In this document: positions 38,115-50,400 of the stretch, piece after piece
Numbering within the stretch: the stretch's first letter is position 1
Layout of the letters: each line of letters begins with the position of its first letter
Source of the DNA: Lama glama
Taxonomy: Eukaryota
DNA: 64,000 nucleotides
NCBI GenBank assembly: GCA_028534125.1
Contig: CM052816.1
Location: forward strand, 6,388,001-6,452,000
Direction of reading: 5' to 3'
Notes under the pieces: generated by a model
Databases searched by the model: none
What the model was told of the DNA's origin: nothing
The model's input: the letters and a program-made list of their open reading frames with translations, nothing else
Program-made: the position numbers and the translations under genes

Positions 38115-38697
38115 GGAAGTAATTTTATTGTGATATGATTTACTTGTGTTAAGATTCATTCTCGTTGGTGTTCATTTCTATTTATTTTGATAACTTCATA
38201 TAATCATGTAACTACCACCACAGTCAAGGTATGTAATGGTTTTATCACAATGCCCTTATGCCCTTCAGAGTCAATCGCTGTCTTTCTCCCACTCCCTGTC
38301 CCTGTATTTTTGGTTTTTCCAGAATAGAATGTCAGTTGGATCATACAGTAGTAATCTTATGAGTTGGAATTCTTTCACTTAGGTAATGCATTTGCGATGC
38401 ATCCATGTTACTGCAGGTATCCATGGTTCACTTATCCCTCTGTGTTGTGGTACTTCATGGCATGGACGTATCACAGGTGTATTATCCATCATCAGTTTGG
38501 AGGATGCGTGGGTTGTGTTAAGCTTTTGGCAGTTATGAATAGAGTTGCTATAAACATTCATGTACAGGTTTTTTTTTGTAAACATAATTGTTTATTTCTC
38601 TTGGGGTAGATACCTAGGAGTGGAAATACTGGGTTATTGATGAAGCATTTATTTGTTTAACCATATAAGAAACTACCATACAGTTTTGTGAAATGGC
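38115..38697 (-). mobile_element. Old L1M 3' region, antisense, nested in Blackjack
   Basis: 'catgtaactaccaccacagtcaagg', 'gttatgaatagagttgctataaacattcatgtacagg', 'atacctaggagtggaaatactggg'. Confidence 0.9.
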
Positions 38698-40954
38698 TTC
38701 ATGAACACATCAGCTTTTATAAAGTTCTTGGTGAATTGCAGTTACTGTAACAAAGCTTGCAAATTGAATGATTGTAAAAACTTTCCCTGTGGAACAAAAA
38801 GTATCCAGACAAATTAAATCATGAGAGCTCAAATGTTACGGCAAATTTAAACTTGAAATTCTACAATCATGATTTGTAATGAAAATCTATTGTTGGAGTG
38901 CCTATTCTGAATTCAGTGGACTTCTAGTCTCTACTGAAATGAAATTGACATGATAGATCATTCTGCTTTATCACCTTAACAGAGTATCAATTCAGTCATA
39001 GAAATAAGTTGCTTGAAAGATTTTTTTCCCCATGAAAACAACTGAGGAAGAAATAAACTCTAAATTGAAGCTTAAAAAATATACAAAAATATTTGGGCAC
39101 AAAAGATCATTTTCCACTTGCAGACTGGACCACTAATAAGCTCATGCCACATCTAGAAAGAGTTTCCGTAATTAAAAAAAAATAATTTACAGAGAAGAGT
39201 TACTGGAAGTTATCACATTTTTCAAATTTATTAAACACAAAATGCTTTTTGAAGCATTGAAAATAGAAGATGCTTACAGGTAGCTTTATGAAAAAAAATA
39301 ATAACAAAGCCATAATATTGGGGAAAAATACATTCCTCAGAAAAAAAAAATACCAGTGACACATTTTTAAAGACAGATATGGCCAGGAAACTGACTGAAG
39401 TACCTTATTAAAGCTTATTCTGGTCATTTTAATTTTAATATTTAAGTAATCAATATAAAGTTTTAAAATTATCTATTTGTGTACAAAGATATATTGCTTT
39501 TATATTTTAAGAAAAACTTTTATTTTTTAAAATAAGTCAGGAATAGGACCATAAATATTATAAGACCAATTTAAGGGTCAATAATCATTTCAATATTATA
39601 TGAATTATCATCTTTAGCATCACCTTTCACTATCAAAATGTTCTGGTTTGACTCATAATCTCTAGTCATCCAACTTGAAGGGAAGATAGTTTTGACTTTG
39701 ATGATCGGTATGTACCAAGGCTAAGAGGCTGAAAGGAACATGGAACATATGTGAACTGAAAAGCATCTGGTGAGAGTTTTGCTTGCTACAGGGTTTCAGA
39801 AAAACCACATTGTCTTGGCTCTTTTTTTCCTGATAGATTGAAATGTGCACTGCCTTGTAGGCCAAGGATGTTCTTTCTAGCAGGTGAAAGTCTGTGAAGA
39901 TTTGCCACTTATGTATAAGATCCAGCCACTCATTTAGAACAAATAGATGTTGCCATTTGATGGTTGGATTTGGATTCCTCTGGACATGCTTCAGCGCTGA
40001 GCTGGGTTTAAGTGGACCTTGTTGTACTGTTCTCTCTCCTACTCTATTTCAGTTAACATATGTTAATTCTGTCAGAGACTAAGGAGAACAAAAACAAGAT
40101 AAAAATTCTACCTTAAGGTGGTTCCCCTGAGGGCAGTTCATGAGCATTGATCTTGGCCCTTGTCTTCCTTAAAAATTGCCTCTGCCTAAGGGGAGATTCT
40201 CAAGGTCATTCCTCACCTGCTAAGAGGGTATTCTAAGGGACCTAAGTGATCAAACATGTAAGCTCTTTCTTTTATTTTTATGATTGAAAGTCATGCAGTA
40301 TCATGAAAAAAATTATATATATAGACACACAAATCAATCTGACATATCTATATGTCTAAATCATACTAGTAGCCTACCAGTGTTCTGTTAAGGGGCATTA
40401 AAGTTGAGTCCCCTTCTTCCTTCTCAGCTACTTAGACGATGACCCTCATAGTTGACGGTGCTCTCTACATTTGTATTCAAGGCATGGACTCCACACATTC
40501 ACTGACAACACTGAAGATCTCTCACCTTCCCTCCACACACCAGATTTTTGCAGTTTCTTGCATTTTCAAGGTCGATAATTGATGAGCTGGCTGTGGTTTT
40601 CAATGGCTGCACTTGTATTAGTTAAGACTTCTCTGGATTATTTTGTGCTTCAGTGAAAAGTAATCTCATACCATTCTGGCTAATTTGATTCTCTTGAATT
40701 ATTTCTGGTCACCAAATTCCATCCCTCGACACACATCCTACAAGCTAGTAGTGGACGAATAGGTGGGATTGTCCTCATTTTGGGGAAAGTGTGTTACAAT
40801 TAAAATAAAAATCAGTGCTGGCCCTGAAGATACATTTTCTAGTACCTCAGTTAAGACTGGGCTTAGATGGCTAGCTGGAAAAGGTTTCTGAAGTAGTCTT
40901 GGTTGGCTGTGGAGAAGCAGAAGGAGGTGGCATTAGCTAATTCATGCCTTTGAA

Positions 40955-41230
40955 ATACACGGAACACTTTATTGTACTGTTCTGGGAACTCAGGAAAACA
41001 TAAAGCATTTATTGCCCAGGTGCTCACCCCAGCTGGGGAAATAAGCGCTAACATGGAAGGCGGCTAAGTAGCTATGTTAGGCAGCCTGTGCTTAAGCATT
41101 CAAAAAATATGACAGCAGTGTATGTTACAAGGGCTCACAGGAAGAACATTAGTGCAGGAGACTTCAAAGAAAGCTTTGTAGATGAGCACAGACTCAGGAT
41201 AGATTTTGAAGATGGGTAGTCTTTGAAAAA
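40955..41230 (-). mobile_element. Decayed L2 fragment
   Basis: 'gtactgttctgggaactcagga', 'aaagctttgtagatgag...agattttgaagatgggtag'. Confidence 0.5.
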
Positions 41231-43839
41231 AATAAAGGGAGAAAGAGACATGGCATTTAAGGTCATTAACTTAAGACTGTCAACTTTTCATCCAAACATA
41301 CATTTACCACTTGGGCCAGCATGGTCCACTTTGTTCTAGGGACAAAGAGTTCCCCATGACTGTAGTAGAGAGGATGAGGTAAACATAACACCACATTTAT
41401 TGTTAGTTAGCACAGAAAAATGCATATTGTGGGAACTTCCTCAGAGTTTGTAAACATCTTGAGAGCAGGCACCATGTCTTTCCCATCCACCTCCACACCT
41501 TCTGTCTTCACAGCGTATACAACATATTCAACACAGTGCCTTGTCTACGGTACCGAAAATGTTTGGTAAATATATATCTGCATGAATAGTGGAGCAACTT
41601 GACTCTGATAGAATTTTCCTTGGTTCATAGAATTTCATCTTAATTAGGTTACTGTGTAGATTAGGAATTTAGACAGAATGGAGATGAAATTCCTGCCTGA
41701 TTCTCAACCATTGGCCAAACCCATAAGTTGCCTATCAAGTCCCCCTCTTACTTTTTTTGGAACACATGGTTATGGTTATCTCTTTCTTCCAAATCTGATA
41801 CACCTGCTATCTGACCAATTTATTTGATAACTGATCATGTACTTTTGTATGGAATTGGCATGAAAACAAAGAATGCAAAGATCTGAAGACCTGAGGTCTA
41901 TTGCCATCTCTTTGCGACTTTGGCAAAGCCTCTTGTCTTCCCTGGAACCCATATGTAAATTTTAACGTCTTGCCAGCTTTACCACTCTTAAGATTGTTTT
42001 TCAAGGATTTGGGAACACATACTTCCTGCTTTGAAAGGGTTTCCCTTGCAGTTTCTTTATGTCTTGCCCTAGATGTTTATGAGACACACAGCAGCTGCTC
42101 CCATTCCATGAAAAACGAAGTGAGTGGGCTTGGCAGCTGTTGCCGTGTTGCTTTGGGATATGTAGGCTTGCGCTGTTCTGTGTCAGCGGGCTGTATTCAT
42201 CATTCCCCATTCAAGTGTTTACATTTTATAAGCAGCTTCGGAAGCTTAAGGAAAAAAGAAGAAAAAAATTCAACTTGTGCTCAGACACCTAAAGATAACT
42301 GAATCTTAATTCCAGCAGTGATTGGAGGAACAAATACAGTGATTTGGAGATACCCTTATTAAAATGCTTTATGGATAAGGCAAGCTTAAAGTTTAGATAT
42401 GAAGTCTCATTGTGTCAGAAACTCTGGGCAGGGCGTGGGCAGAGAATGGGTAAAGAAGTGTGGGTGGGCGAGGAAGAAGGAATGAATTGTCTCTAAATAT
42501 CCACATACCTATATGAAGAACTGGACATATTCCTTCTGACTCCAAATGAAAGAAGAGAAGAAATGGGTGTAAAGTGGGAGACACATTTTAGCTAGGCGTA
42601 AGAACGTTTTAAAACCAACCAAGGATGGAACTCACATATCAGCAGTAAGTTCCCCATCACTTGGGGTAACTGGGGGTATGGCAGCATTGAGAGCCACTTG
42701 ATATGGACATCTTTACGTTTCAAGGGAAAAAGCAACAAGATCAAATTAAAACTCTTCAGTCTGTTTAAAGGAAAGAGAGAACTCACCGTTTCAGGTGGCT
42801 GGACAGGCCAGTCCACTGAGTCCAGGGGCTTGAGCAGTAGCAGCAGGACCCAGCGTCTGTCCCTGTCTTGACCCTGCTGTCTTCTGTGATAGACCCACTT
42901 GTCTTCATTTGTCAACTCAGTTGTCCCAGGTGAGTCCTGGCCCTTCTCAGTGGCAAGGTGGCTTCTGGGAGAGTCAGATACGTGCACTATGTGATGAGTT
43001 CTGAGTTTAATGTAAAGAACCCATCTCTGTTACGTGCGCATGTTGACGTCCCAGCACTGGCTCAGAGCTGAAGAAGTTTGCATCCCGTGACCTTTTACCT
43101 GGCTTGATTCCCAGGGCTGGGTGAGATTTCCTCCCCTTGACCAGAAGTGTCTTGACTGTTGTGTCAGCAGACAGTATTCAGTACGTGAAGGGTATTACAC
43201 AAAACCTCTATGAAAGGTCGGCAGCAAAAGCAGCAAGTTTCCATTTGTAATACTTGAGTCCTCGAGAAGTGATAAGATCAGATAGATCAACTGTTTTCAG
43301 CAGATTTTTAGCAGTGGGTCAATATTGCCAATGAGTTATTTCACAAACTATATATAAAGGATGCTCTTCTCATTGAAGCATGGTGAATGCCACAGTAAAC
43401 ATTGCCATCGCCTTTCCTTGCACCCTTCTTTGAAATCTAGTGAGCAAGATCAACAGTAAGACCCCACAGAATCTCTGGTGTCTGTGACTATTATATTAAT
43501 TTGGTCCTTGAGTCCAGTGGAATCTTAGGCCTGTTTAATCAGTATTTGTCAGGGTGAATTTAAATGAGATGAATTAAATTCGGGTGGGGGACATACCTGT
43601 GTGACCTTTGCATGGTATTTGCATTTTCCAAAGCACTTGACTTACTTGTCCATTTCTATTTAATGGCATCCCTGTGGGCTAGGCAGTGCGTTATTTTTCA
43701 GTTTTATTTTGATCTGCTTATGTGGACAATGAGGAAGAATAACATAACTTTGTACTCACAAGCTCATAGTTTTCAAGTTTTAATATTGTATCTGCTTCAG
43801 TTCTTTCCTTTTCTATGAAGAAAACATTACAGTTAAAAT

Positions 43840-44100
43840 CCCCTCTATTCTACCGTATTCATTTCCCTCCCTTTCTGCCCAGAAATGGACATTATTATGA
43901 ATTTGAGTGTTTACAGTTTCTGTGAATGTTTTATTTTCTGCTACCTGTTTATATATCCACAAAATGCATAATTTTTATTTAGTATTTAAAATAGATAACA
44001 TTAAACCATATGTATGAATAAATCATACCCTTTTTTTTGTCTGAACCATTTTGAAAAATCTGTTGACACATATAGATAGCGTCTTTTTGTTTTGTTTCTT
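43840..44100 (-). mobile_element. L1ME-like fragment
   Basis: 'ccagaaatggacattattatgaatttgagtgttta...tatatccacaaaatgcata'. Confidence 0.5.
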
Positions 44101-44287
44101 TCCACTCTTGTAAGAAATTGAAATGATTAGTTTAATCCAAATGGCATAGTCATTAACTCAGCAGTGTGTTTCAGTGCTTTTTTTTTTCTGTGTTGTTTTG
44201 TTTTCAATGAACATTGAGCATTAATCAGTAGATTTAACAAATATAAAAAGCCATCACATTGTGAAAAGCTAGATTTAACCTCCAGAA

Positions 44288-44304
44288 CACACACACACAC
44301 ACAC
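44288..44304. repeat. (CA)n microsatellite
   Basis: Direct reading. Confidence 0.9.
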
Positions 44305-45209
44305 AGACGCAGGGCTACCACGCTTATCCCTGCCCTAAGATCTCTGTTTAAGCTCCAAGAACTCCATGAACATCCTGGAGCAGATTGTAGAAGCTTGGTG
44401 TTTCTATTAGAATTTTTCTGAGAAGGATCTGCATTTATCTTTGGAATCTCAGAGAGAACTGTAACCTGCAAAATTTAAGAACACTGCCTTCCGTGTTTTA
44501 GAAAACATGTACAAATGCCTTCCAACTTGCAGAATTAAAGCAAACTTTCAGCAGATGGGATATAGATACTTTTTTGTCCCTTTCTCAGCAGCCTGTAAAA
44601 TGCCATCCTTTATTTTTTGTTCCCTCTGTGTCTCAAAAGCAAGGGTGAAGTTTAGCAAACTAATAATCATGACAAAACTGGATCAGTGTATTTATTTCAC
44701 ATGCTTTCATATCACAAGACTTTTGAAAACAAAAGCCTAAACTTTTGTTCTTTTGTGAGCTGCATTTTCTGGTGAAATCTCATTGCTTCTGTATCAGCTG
44801 AGCTCAGCACATTTAGAATCAGCTCAACTCGCTCGTTGAGAACTTAGAGGAGAACTTGTTTCCCAGTACAGGGAGTCTGAGGTGAAGAATAAACCCCCTA
44901 CCCTTTCCAACCCCATCTGCCTAAACTGGCTGACCAGGGAAGGCTGGATTTTGTGGAAGTCATAGACCAGAGGCCCGGTATCCGTGCCTCAAGCTAGAGA
45001 TGCTTGGAGCCACAGCTCTGTGATGAACAGGCTGAAAGGAAGGGTTTCTTTTCAGCCACCGTATAAACCTAGTTTTCTCTTCTAAGCTTGGAGAACCACT
45101 CTGAGTCTTTTCACCCTGTATTTGACACCCTGTATTTTTCTTAACAGCCCTATCCCTTTCTTCTCAGCTACCGCAGGAGTCTGACACCAGAAAAACAATA
45201 GCAGTGGAG

Positions 45210-45730
45210 ATAACAGTAACAACCAGTATTTACTGAGTGCTGGCTCTGAGTCAGGTGCTGTGCTAAGGGCTTGATTCATCTGCCCATTCATTCATTCACT
45301 GACAGAGTCAGGTAATACTTGCTGTACATACCATGTTAGCTGGCAGGGAGAATCAATGCTGAACACACGGACTTTTCCTTGATGTCATGGAACTTAGAGT
45401 TTTAAAAGGGAGATAGCTATGAATCAACTATCAATTAATGAATGTGAACTTGCAGTTGTGATCAGAGCTACAAAGGAGAGGGCTATAATGCTGCAAGAAC
45501 ATGTAATAAAGGAATTTGACCCAGCTAGGAAGGAAAGGGTGGATTTCCTCAAGAAATGAGAATGGCACTGACATAAGAGGAATCCGTAGGAGTTAACTGG
45601 GCACCGGGGACATGAAACAGAAACCTAGACAGAAGAAACGTGAGGATGTCCTAGGTGATGGGAAGGAACATCCTGGGTTCTTGGCCTTGTGATCTTCATG
45701 TTACTGTTGAACTGAGACTAGGTGAGTTTC
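45210..45730 (-). mobile_element. MIR 3' end (45210-45285) plus L2 (45285-45730)
   Basis: 'tatttactgagtgctggctctgagtcaggtgctgtgctaagg'; 'cattcattcattcact...gtcatggaacttagagtt'. Confidence 0.7.
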
Positions 45731-45859
45731 AGTTGGAAAGTAGCAGGACTAAATCAGATTCACGTCTAGCCTTAAAATGTGTACGCTTACAACCACGTGA
45801 CTACTTGTCCTCACGAAGAAAACGTCAGACCTGGAAGATTCACAGGGAAATTCTACCAC

Positions 45860-47475
45860 AGATATAAAAATCTTTGTGTTTATTTTAGATAATGAAAAAA
45901 AGAACAATTCTCAAACTGTTTCTTATAAGACATCTCATAGCCAGTCTTCTTTCATATGTATACCCCATATTGAGTGATTTTTAATCAAACCCCATCTTGT
46001 CATTTCATTCATAAATAAACCAGCATGTACTTCTAAAAAACTCTTTAAAAATACGTAACTATCACAATATTATCACATCTAAATAGATACGAACAATAAT
46101 TATTGAAGTTGTTCTACTTTTCTTGATTGTCTCAGATTATCTGTCCCTGTCTCTCTCTTCTCTGTTTTCCATAAATGGTTCCAAAAATAAAACTAAAGTC
46201 CATACGTTTTAATTGCTTTGTCTCCTTAGATTCTTAATCTCTAGGTTCTTCTTCCATCTCTCACTTTTTTCCTTCTAACTTATTTGTTGAGGAAGCATTT
46301 TTTTGTTGTTTTTTTTTTTATAGGGTCACCTATTCTGCTGATTGCGTATTTTTCTCTCACCAGCTTTTCTATAATTTGGGAATTTTATCAGTGTTTTTTG
46401 GCGAGAATCTTCAGAGGTGGAATGTATAGATCCATCAGACGGTACATAATGGCTATTTTATTTGTTTGTTGATTGTCTCCATCGACGGTTGAACTGAAAA
46501 TGGTTGGTTGGAGACTTGCACTCGTGGACTATCTCAGGTGGGACTGTTACTGTCACTGTGCATGTCAGGAAGGCAGGATCAGTACTTGATTGATTTCCTT
46601 TATTTGCCAGGTTTTAAACTCTGTTCTCTATCATATGCTGAAGCTGAGCAGTACATTTTTCTCACATGCAGTTGTTCGGTTTTGTTTGGAGTGTATACAT
46701 TTATTAGATACGTTTATAAATTGATTATAATGTTTTAAGCTATTGCAGTTATTATTCCTGCTGAATGAAGCCCCATAATACTCCTTGTTGAGCCTATTCA
46801 AACTGGCTCCTGTGTCTTTTTGACACGACACTAGTAGTAATTGGTAACTTCTTTGATGCCTGATGTGACAAGAAATTCTAGGGTCTTGCACATTTTTAAA
46901 ATGTCAAACCTAAGATCAACCATTCTCAGTAATCCCTGGTTCCTTCAAATGAAGCAATTGTATTTGGAGCCGAAATGTGGACACTCAGAGCTCTGAGTGC
47001 TACGAGGTTAATGTATCATTTATAGTCCTTTTCAATGGACAGAGCTAGGAAATAAGCAGTGGGGGAAAAAAGTAAAGAAGAAAGAAAACATTTTTCTTGA
47101 ATATAAATGATTATTTCCAACTGAAATTTATGATTCTTTGATTTTACATTTATATCTCATTTCTCTTATGTTGAAATTCTTTTCTAATGACGATTCTAGA
47201 GCCCTTGCTTCATCCTGTGACTTATTTATAATTATATCCAAACTACATTGTGAGTAGTACTTTCACTAATAATACGATAACTGAAAGGAAGTTTTAGCCG
47301 CTTTCAGTTATCTCTGTCTTTAGGATATATTGCAGAAAAGGATGTACTTGTAAATTACTGTGCTGTAAAACCACTTGAAACAATTCTCTGTGTGGCTACA
47401 CACCTTTGATGTGTGCTTGAATTCATCTCCTTTTTGCCCTTCAGTTTGGAAATTAAAACAAAAAATCTTGTTTTC
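45860..47475 (-). mobile_element. Old L1 3' region (L1MC4/5-like), antisense
   Basis: 'tgtcatttcattcataaataaac', 'tattcaaactggctcctgtgtctttttgacacgac', 'taatccctggttccttc', 'cttttcaatggacagagctaggaaata'. Confidence 0.8.
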
Positions 47476-47894
47476 TAATTATGTAAAATACGCACTTGGC
47501 ACATAAATAAGTGGGACACAAATAAGGAAGAAACAGCGTTCTTTCTTGTGATTAAAGTGTGACCAAGAGGAATGAATGCAGGGGGGCAGTGGATATGTAG
47601 GGTGGGAGTTATCTGGATCCAGAGCAACCTTTGTGCTCCCAGAGCAGCAGTCTTGCTGATCTGGATTTATGACTTGGGGTTTCTGACCAAAGGACAAGGT
47701 GCTCCTTGTGTTGGTCAGGATTCTTTTGATTACTGGAAGCAGAAACTTAAGTTTCCACGTTACGAAAAAACAAGCATCCTTTTATGGTTTCTTAGGAATT
47801 ATCTTCCTTTTACTCTCTTCCTGCCAGTCTCCACCGCACCCAGGCTCATCCCCACACACATATCACTCCGTCTTTCCCTTTAGTTCACTTCTCA

Positions 47895-48105
47895 GGCCAT
47901 AGCAAAGTGAGAAAGGTGCAAATTCTGACTCTCACAGACCTTTGTTCAAATTCTGGCTTTATCCCTTAAGAGTTGTTTATCTCTAGAAAATGTAGATAAT
48001 GTATTAGCTTCAGTTTTCTTATCCAAAAAATGGATTGCTACTTTACAGGAATCTCGTGAAGATTAAATGAGAGAATGCAAGTGAAGTAGCTGGTGCCGGG
48101 TTTGG
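47895..48105 (+). mobile_element. MIR SINE
   Basis: 'cagacctttgttcaaattctggct...cttcagttttcttatccaaaaaatgg...gtgaagattaaatgagagaatg'. Confidence 0.75.
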
Positions 48106-48380
48106 CGCACCCCCAGCTTCCAGTTGCCGTTGGGGTTTGCTGTGGATACTGTTGTTTCTAGTTCTGTGATGAAAATTGGTGCAAACCATTTTTTTGTTGT
48201 TGTTCTGATGCCTTTGTCATATTCTTCCTTGAGAACTGCAGACACTTTGTGCCCTATAATTTTTCGTTCAGTTCTTCTCGTCAACCAAGACTTAGCTAAA
48301 GATAGCTCTCTAAACTTAGACTTCTTAAAAGAGAAAAGGGGGAAAGATGTTTGAGCCTTTCTTTAATCTGAGCTAGCTTG

Positions 48381-48880
48381 NNNNNNNNNNNNNNNNNNNN
48401 NNNNNNNNNNNNNNNNNNNNNNNNNNNNNNNNNNNNNNNNNNNNNNNNNNNNNNNNNNNNNNNNNNNNNNNNNNNNNNNNNNNNNNNNNNNNNNNNNNNN
48501 NNNNNNNNNNNNNNNNNNNNNNNNNNNNNNNNNNNNNNNNNNNNNNNNNNNNNNNNNNNNNNNNNNNNNNNNNNNNNNNNNNNNNNNNNNNNNNNNNNNN
48601 NNNNNNNNNNNNNNNNNNNNNNNNNNNNNNNNNNNNNNNNNNNNNNNNNNNNNNNNNNNNNNNNNNNNNNNNNNNNNNNNNNNNNNNNNNNNNNNNNNNN
48701 NNNNNNNNNNNNNNNNNNNNNNNNNNNNNNNNNNNNNNNNNNNNNNNNNNNNNNNNNNNNNNNNNNNNNNNNNNNNNNNNNNNNNNNNNNNNNNNNNNNN
48801 NNNNNNNNNNNNNNNNNNNNNNNNNNNNNNNNNNNNNNNNNNNNNNNNNNNNNNNNNNNNNNNNNNNNNNNNNNNNNNNN
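48381..48880. other. Assembly gap (500 N)
   Basis: Run of exactly 500 N. Confidence 1.
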
Positions 48881-48989
48881 TACACCCTGTTCTCTCTGGG
48901 CCAACAATCCCCTTAACTCAGTTTAAGGTGAGATTTTAATTTGCAACTGAGAGCAGTGATATTTTAAACTCAGCCTTGATGGGTTGGCA

Positions 48990-49325
48990 AATATTAGATG
49001 TGTGTGCATGAGAAAGAGTTAGAAGATGGAGCTATAGATAGAGCACAGAGCTATGCAAAAGCCAGATTAATGTGAAAACGCAGTGCATGTTACTGGTTAC
49101 AATTAGAATGCGTGGAGCGACTCGGTGAGAGAACGAGTTTGGAGATGTGGGATAGAATTAGATTCTATAAAGTCTTCAATCCTACACTGAAGGGTCTGAG
49201 CTTGGAGAGGAAATAGGAGACACCAAAGACGTTAAAGAAGTGTCTGGCACAAGCAGAGCCCCACTTTAGAAAGAGTAAGCAGGACGCTGTATCCAGGGTG
49301 GATTAATAGAGAAGGCTACACGACA
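48990..49325 (-). mobile_element. L2 fragment
   Basis: 'agagcacagagctatgcaaaagcc', 'tagattctataaagtcttcaatcctacactgaagggtctgagct'. Confidence 0.55.
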
Positions 49326-49669
49326 GACATGTTATTAACGTTCTTGTACAGTCTCTCTCCTTTTTCAGAAGCAGCAACATACTTCTATTTCCTTCTTGAC
49401 ATAAATTTGTGTTCTGTGAGTCGATTTGTTCCGCTGATGTTTTCAATTTCTTAAATGTCACTCTTGATTCCTGGGAAATTCTGGGGGTGTCATTTCACAT
49501 TCAGGCACATACATTCACTTCCAGTGATTATTTATAACATCTAATCTCTCTTCCTTGAAACTGTCTTCAACTCAAACTTCCTCAAGCTCATCATCATTAG
49601 TTTAGCATAACATGAGTAAAAATCATTTTACCCATCACAAGCATGGCTACATTTGGGAATAAGTGTTTA

Positions 49670-49905
49670 ATAATAATACCTTACATTCTTATGAATTCTT
49701 TTTAATTTTTCTTGGTGACTGAACAACCATTCCCTCCTTTGATCATCCAAATATCCTGTCAAATAACTAGAACATCTTTCATCCTGATTTAACCAATTAG
49801 GTAACTACAGCCTAAAGATACTAAGCTGGTTGCTTACAAAAAGAAGACAGGCTAATTACAGGTCCAGGCTTTTAACTCCAAATTTCAGACCTAACCCCAA
49901 AATTC
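49670..49905 (-). mobile_element. MIR SINE (decayed)
   Basis: 'taataataccttacatt...aattaggtaactacagcctaaaga...ccaggcttttaactcca'. Confidence 0.5.
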
Positions 49906-50209
49906 TTTCCATGATTCCAACATAATTTTCCTAAGAAACTCTGGAGTTAAAAAAGGATTGCTTCATCTAGCTAAAGAATAAATTCACTTAGGGACACATA
50001 CGCTTTGGGATAAAATGTGGAGATGAATTTTGTGACAGCAAATCTTTTGTGCTATAGCTTCACCAGTGATTCTTGTGGGTTAAGATTGACATAATCAGTG
50101 TTTATATGAAATATAGAAAGTCATCTTGTGCTGAGTCACTAGTTTGACAATGACCTAGGAAAGGTCAGATTACCCCTCCTGCAGCAGGAAAATCTTGCCT
50201 CAGAGAATC

Positions 50210-50400
50210 TACAGCTGTGTTGCTCAAACTTCAACCGACATCGGAATTCCACAGGGCGCTTGCTGAAAATGCAGGTCCCTCAAGTCCACCTTTAGAAATT
50301 CTGACTCAGTGGGTGTGGGTGGAGCCCTATAATCTGTACGTGGTGAGTAAAGCACACCTTGAGGACACGAAGGCCCCCTGACCACATTCTTCAGGCCGGT
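50210..50400. mobile_element. MER5-like MITE
   Basis: 'gctcaaacttcaaccgacatcggaattccacagggcgcttgctgaaaatgcagg...attctgactcagtgggtgtggg'. Confidence 0.75.

Larger units (their letters stand above)
35370..39673 (+). mobile_element. hAT-Blackjack (BLACKJACK/MER94-related) DNA transposon fossil with transposase remnants, split by nested insertions
   Basis: Left end 'tagggctagccatagttgttggtgtgcttggggtggtcctggtttat' and right end 'cctttcactatcaaaatgttctggtttgactcataatctctagtcatccaa' resemble the two MER94/Blackjack termini. Decayed peptides in order: DLTLLTAEGTFA (~36862), PIEIDTSVVKIYKHLY (37563-37610), LQCDNTYILSLLP (37682-37720), GELQLL (~38730), KIHSSEK (~39325). Strand refers to the transposase sense. 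Confidence 0.8.

Noticed and set aside
39949..39966. CTCF-like motif 'gttgccatttgatggttg'
   Set aside because: Several mismatches at core positions.
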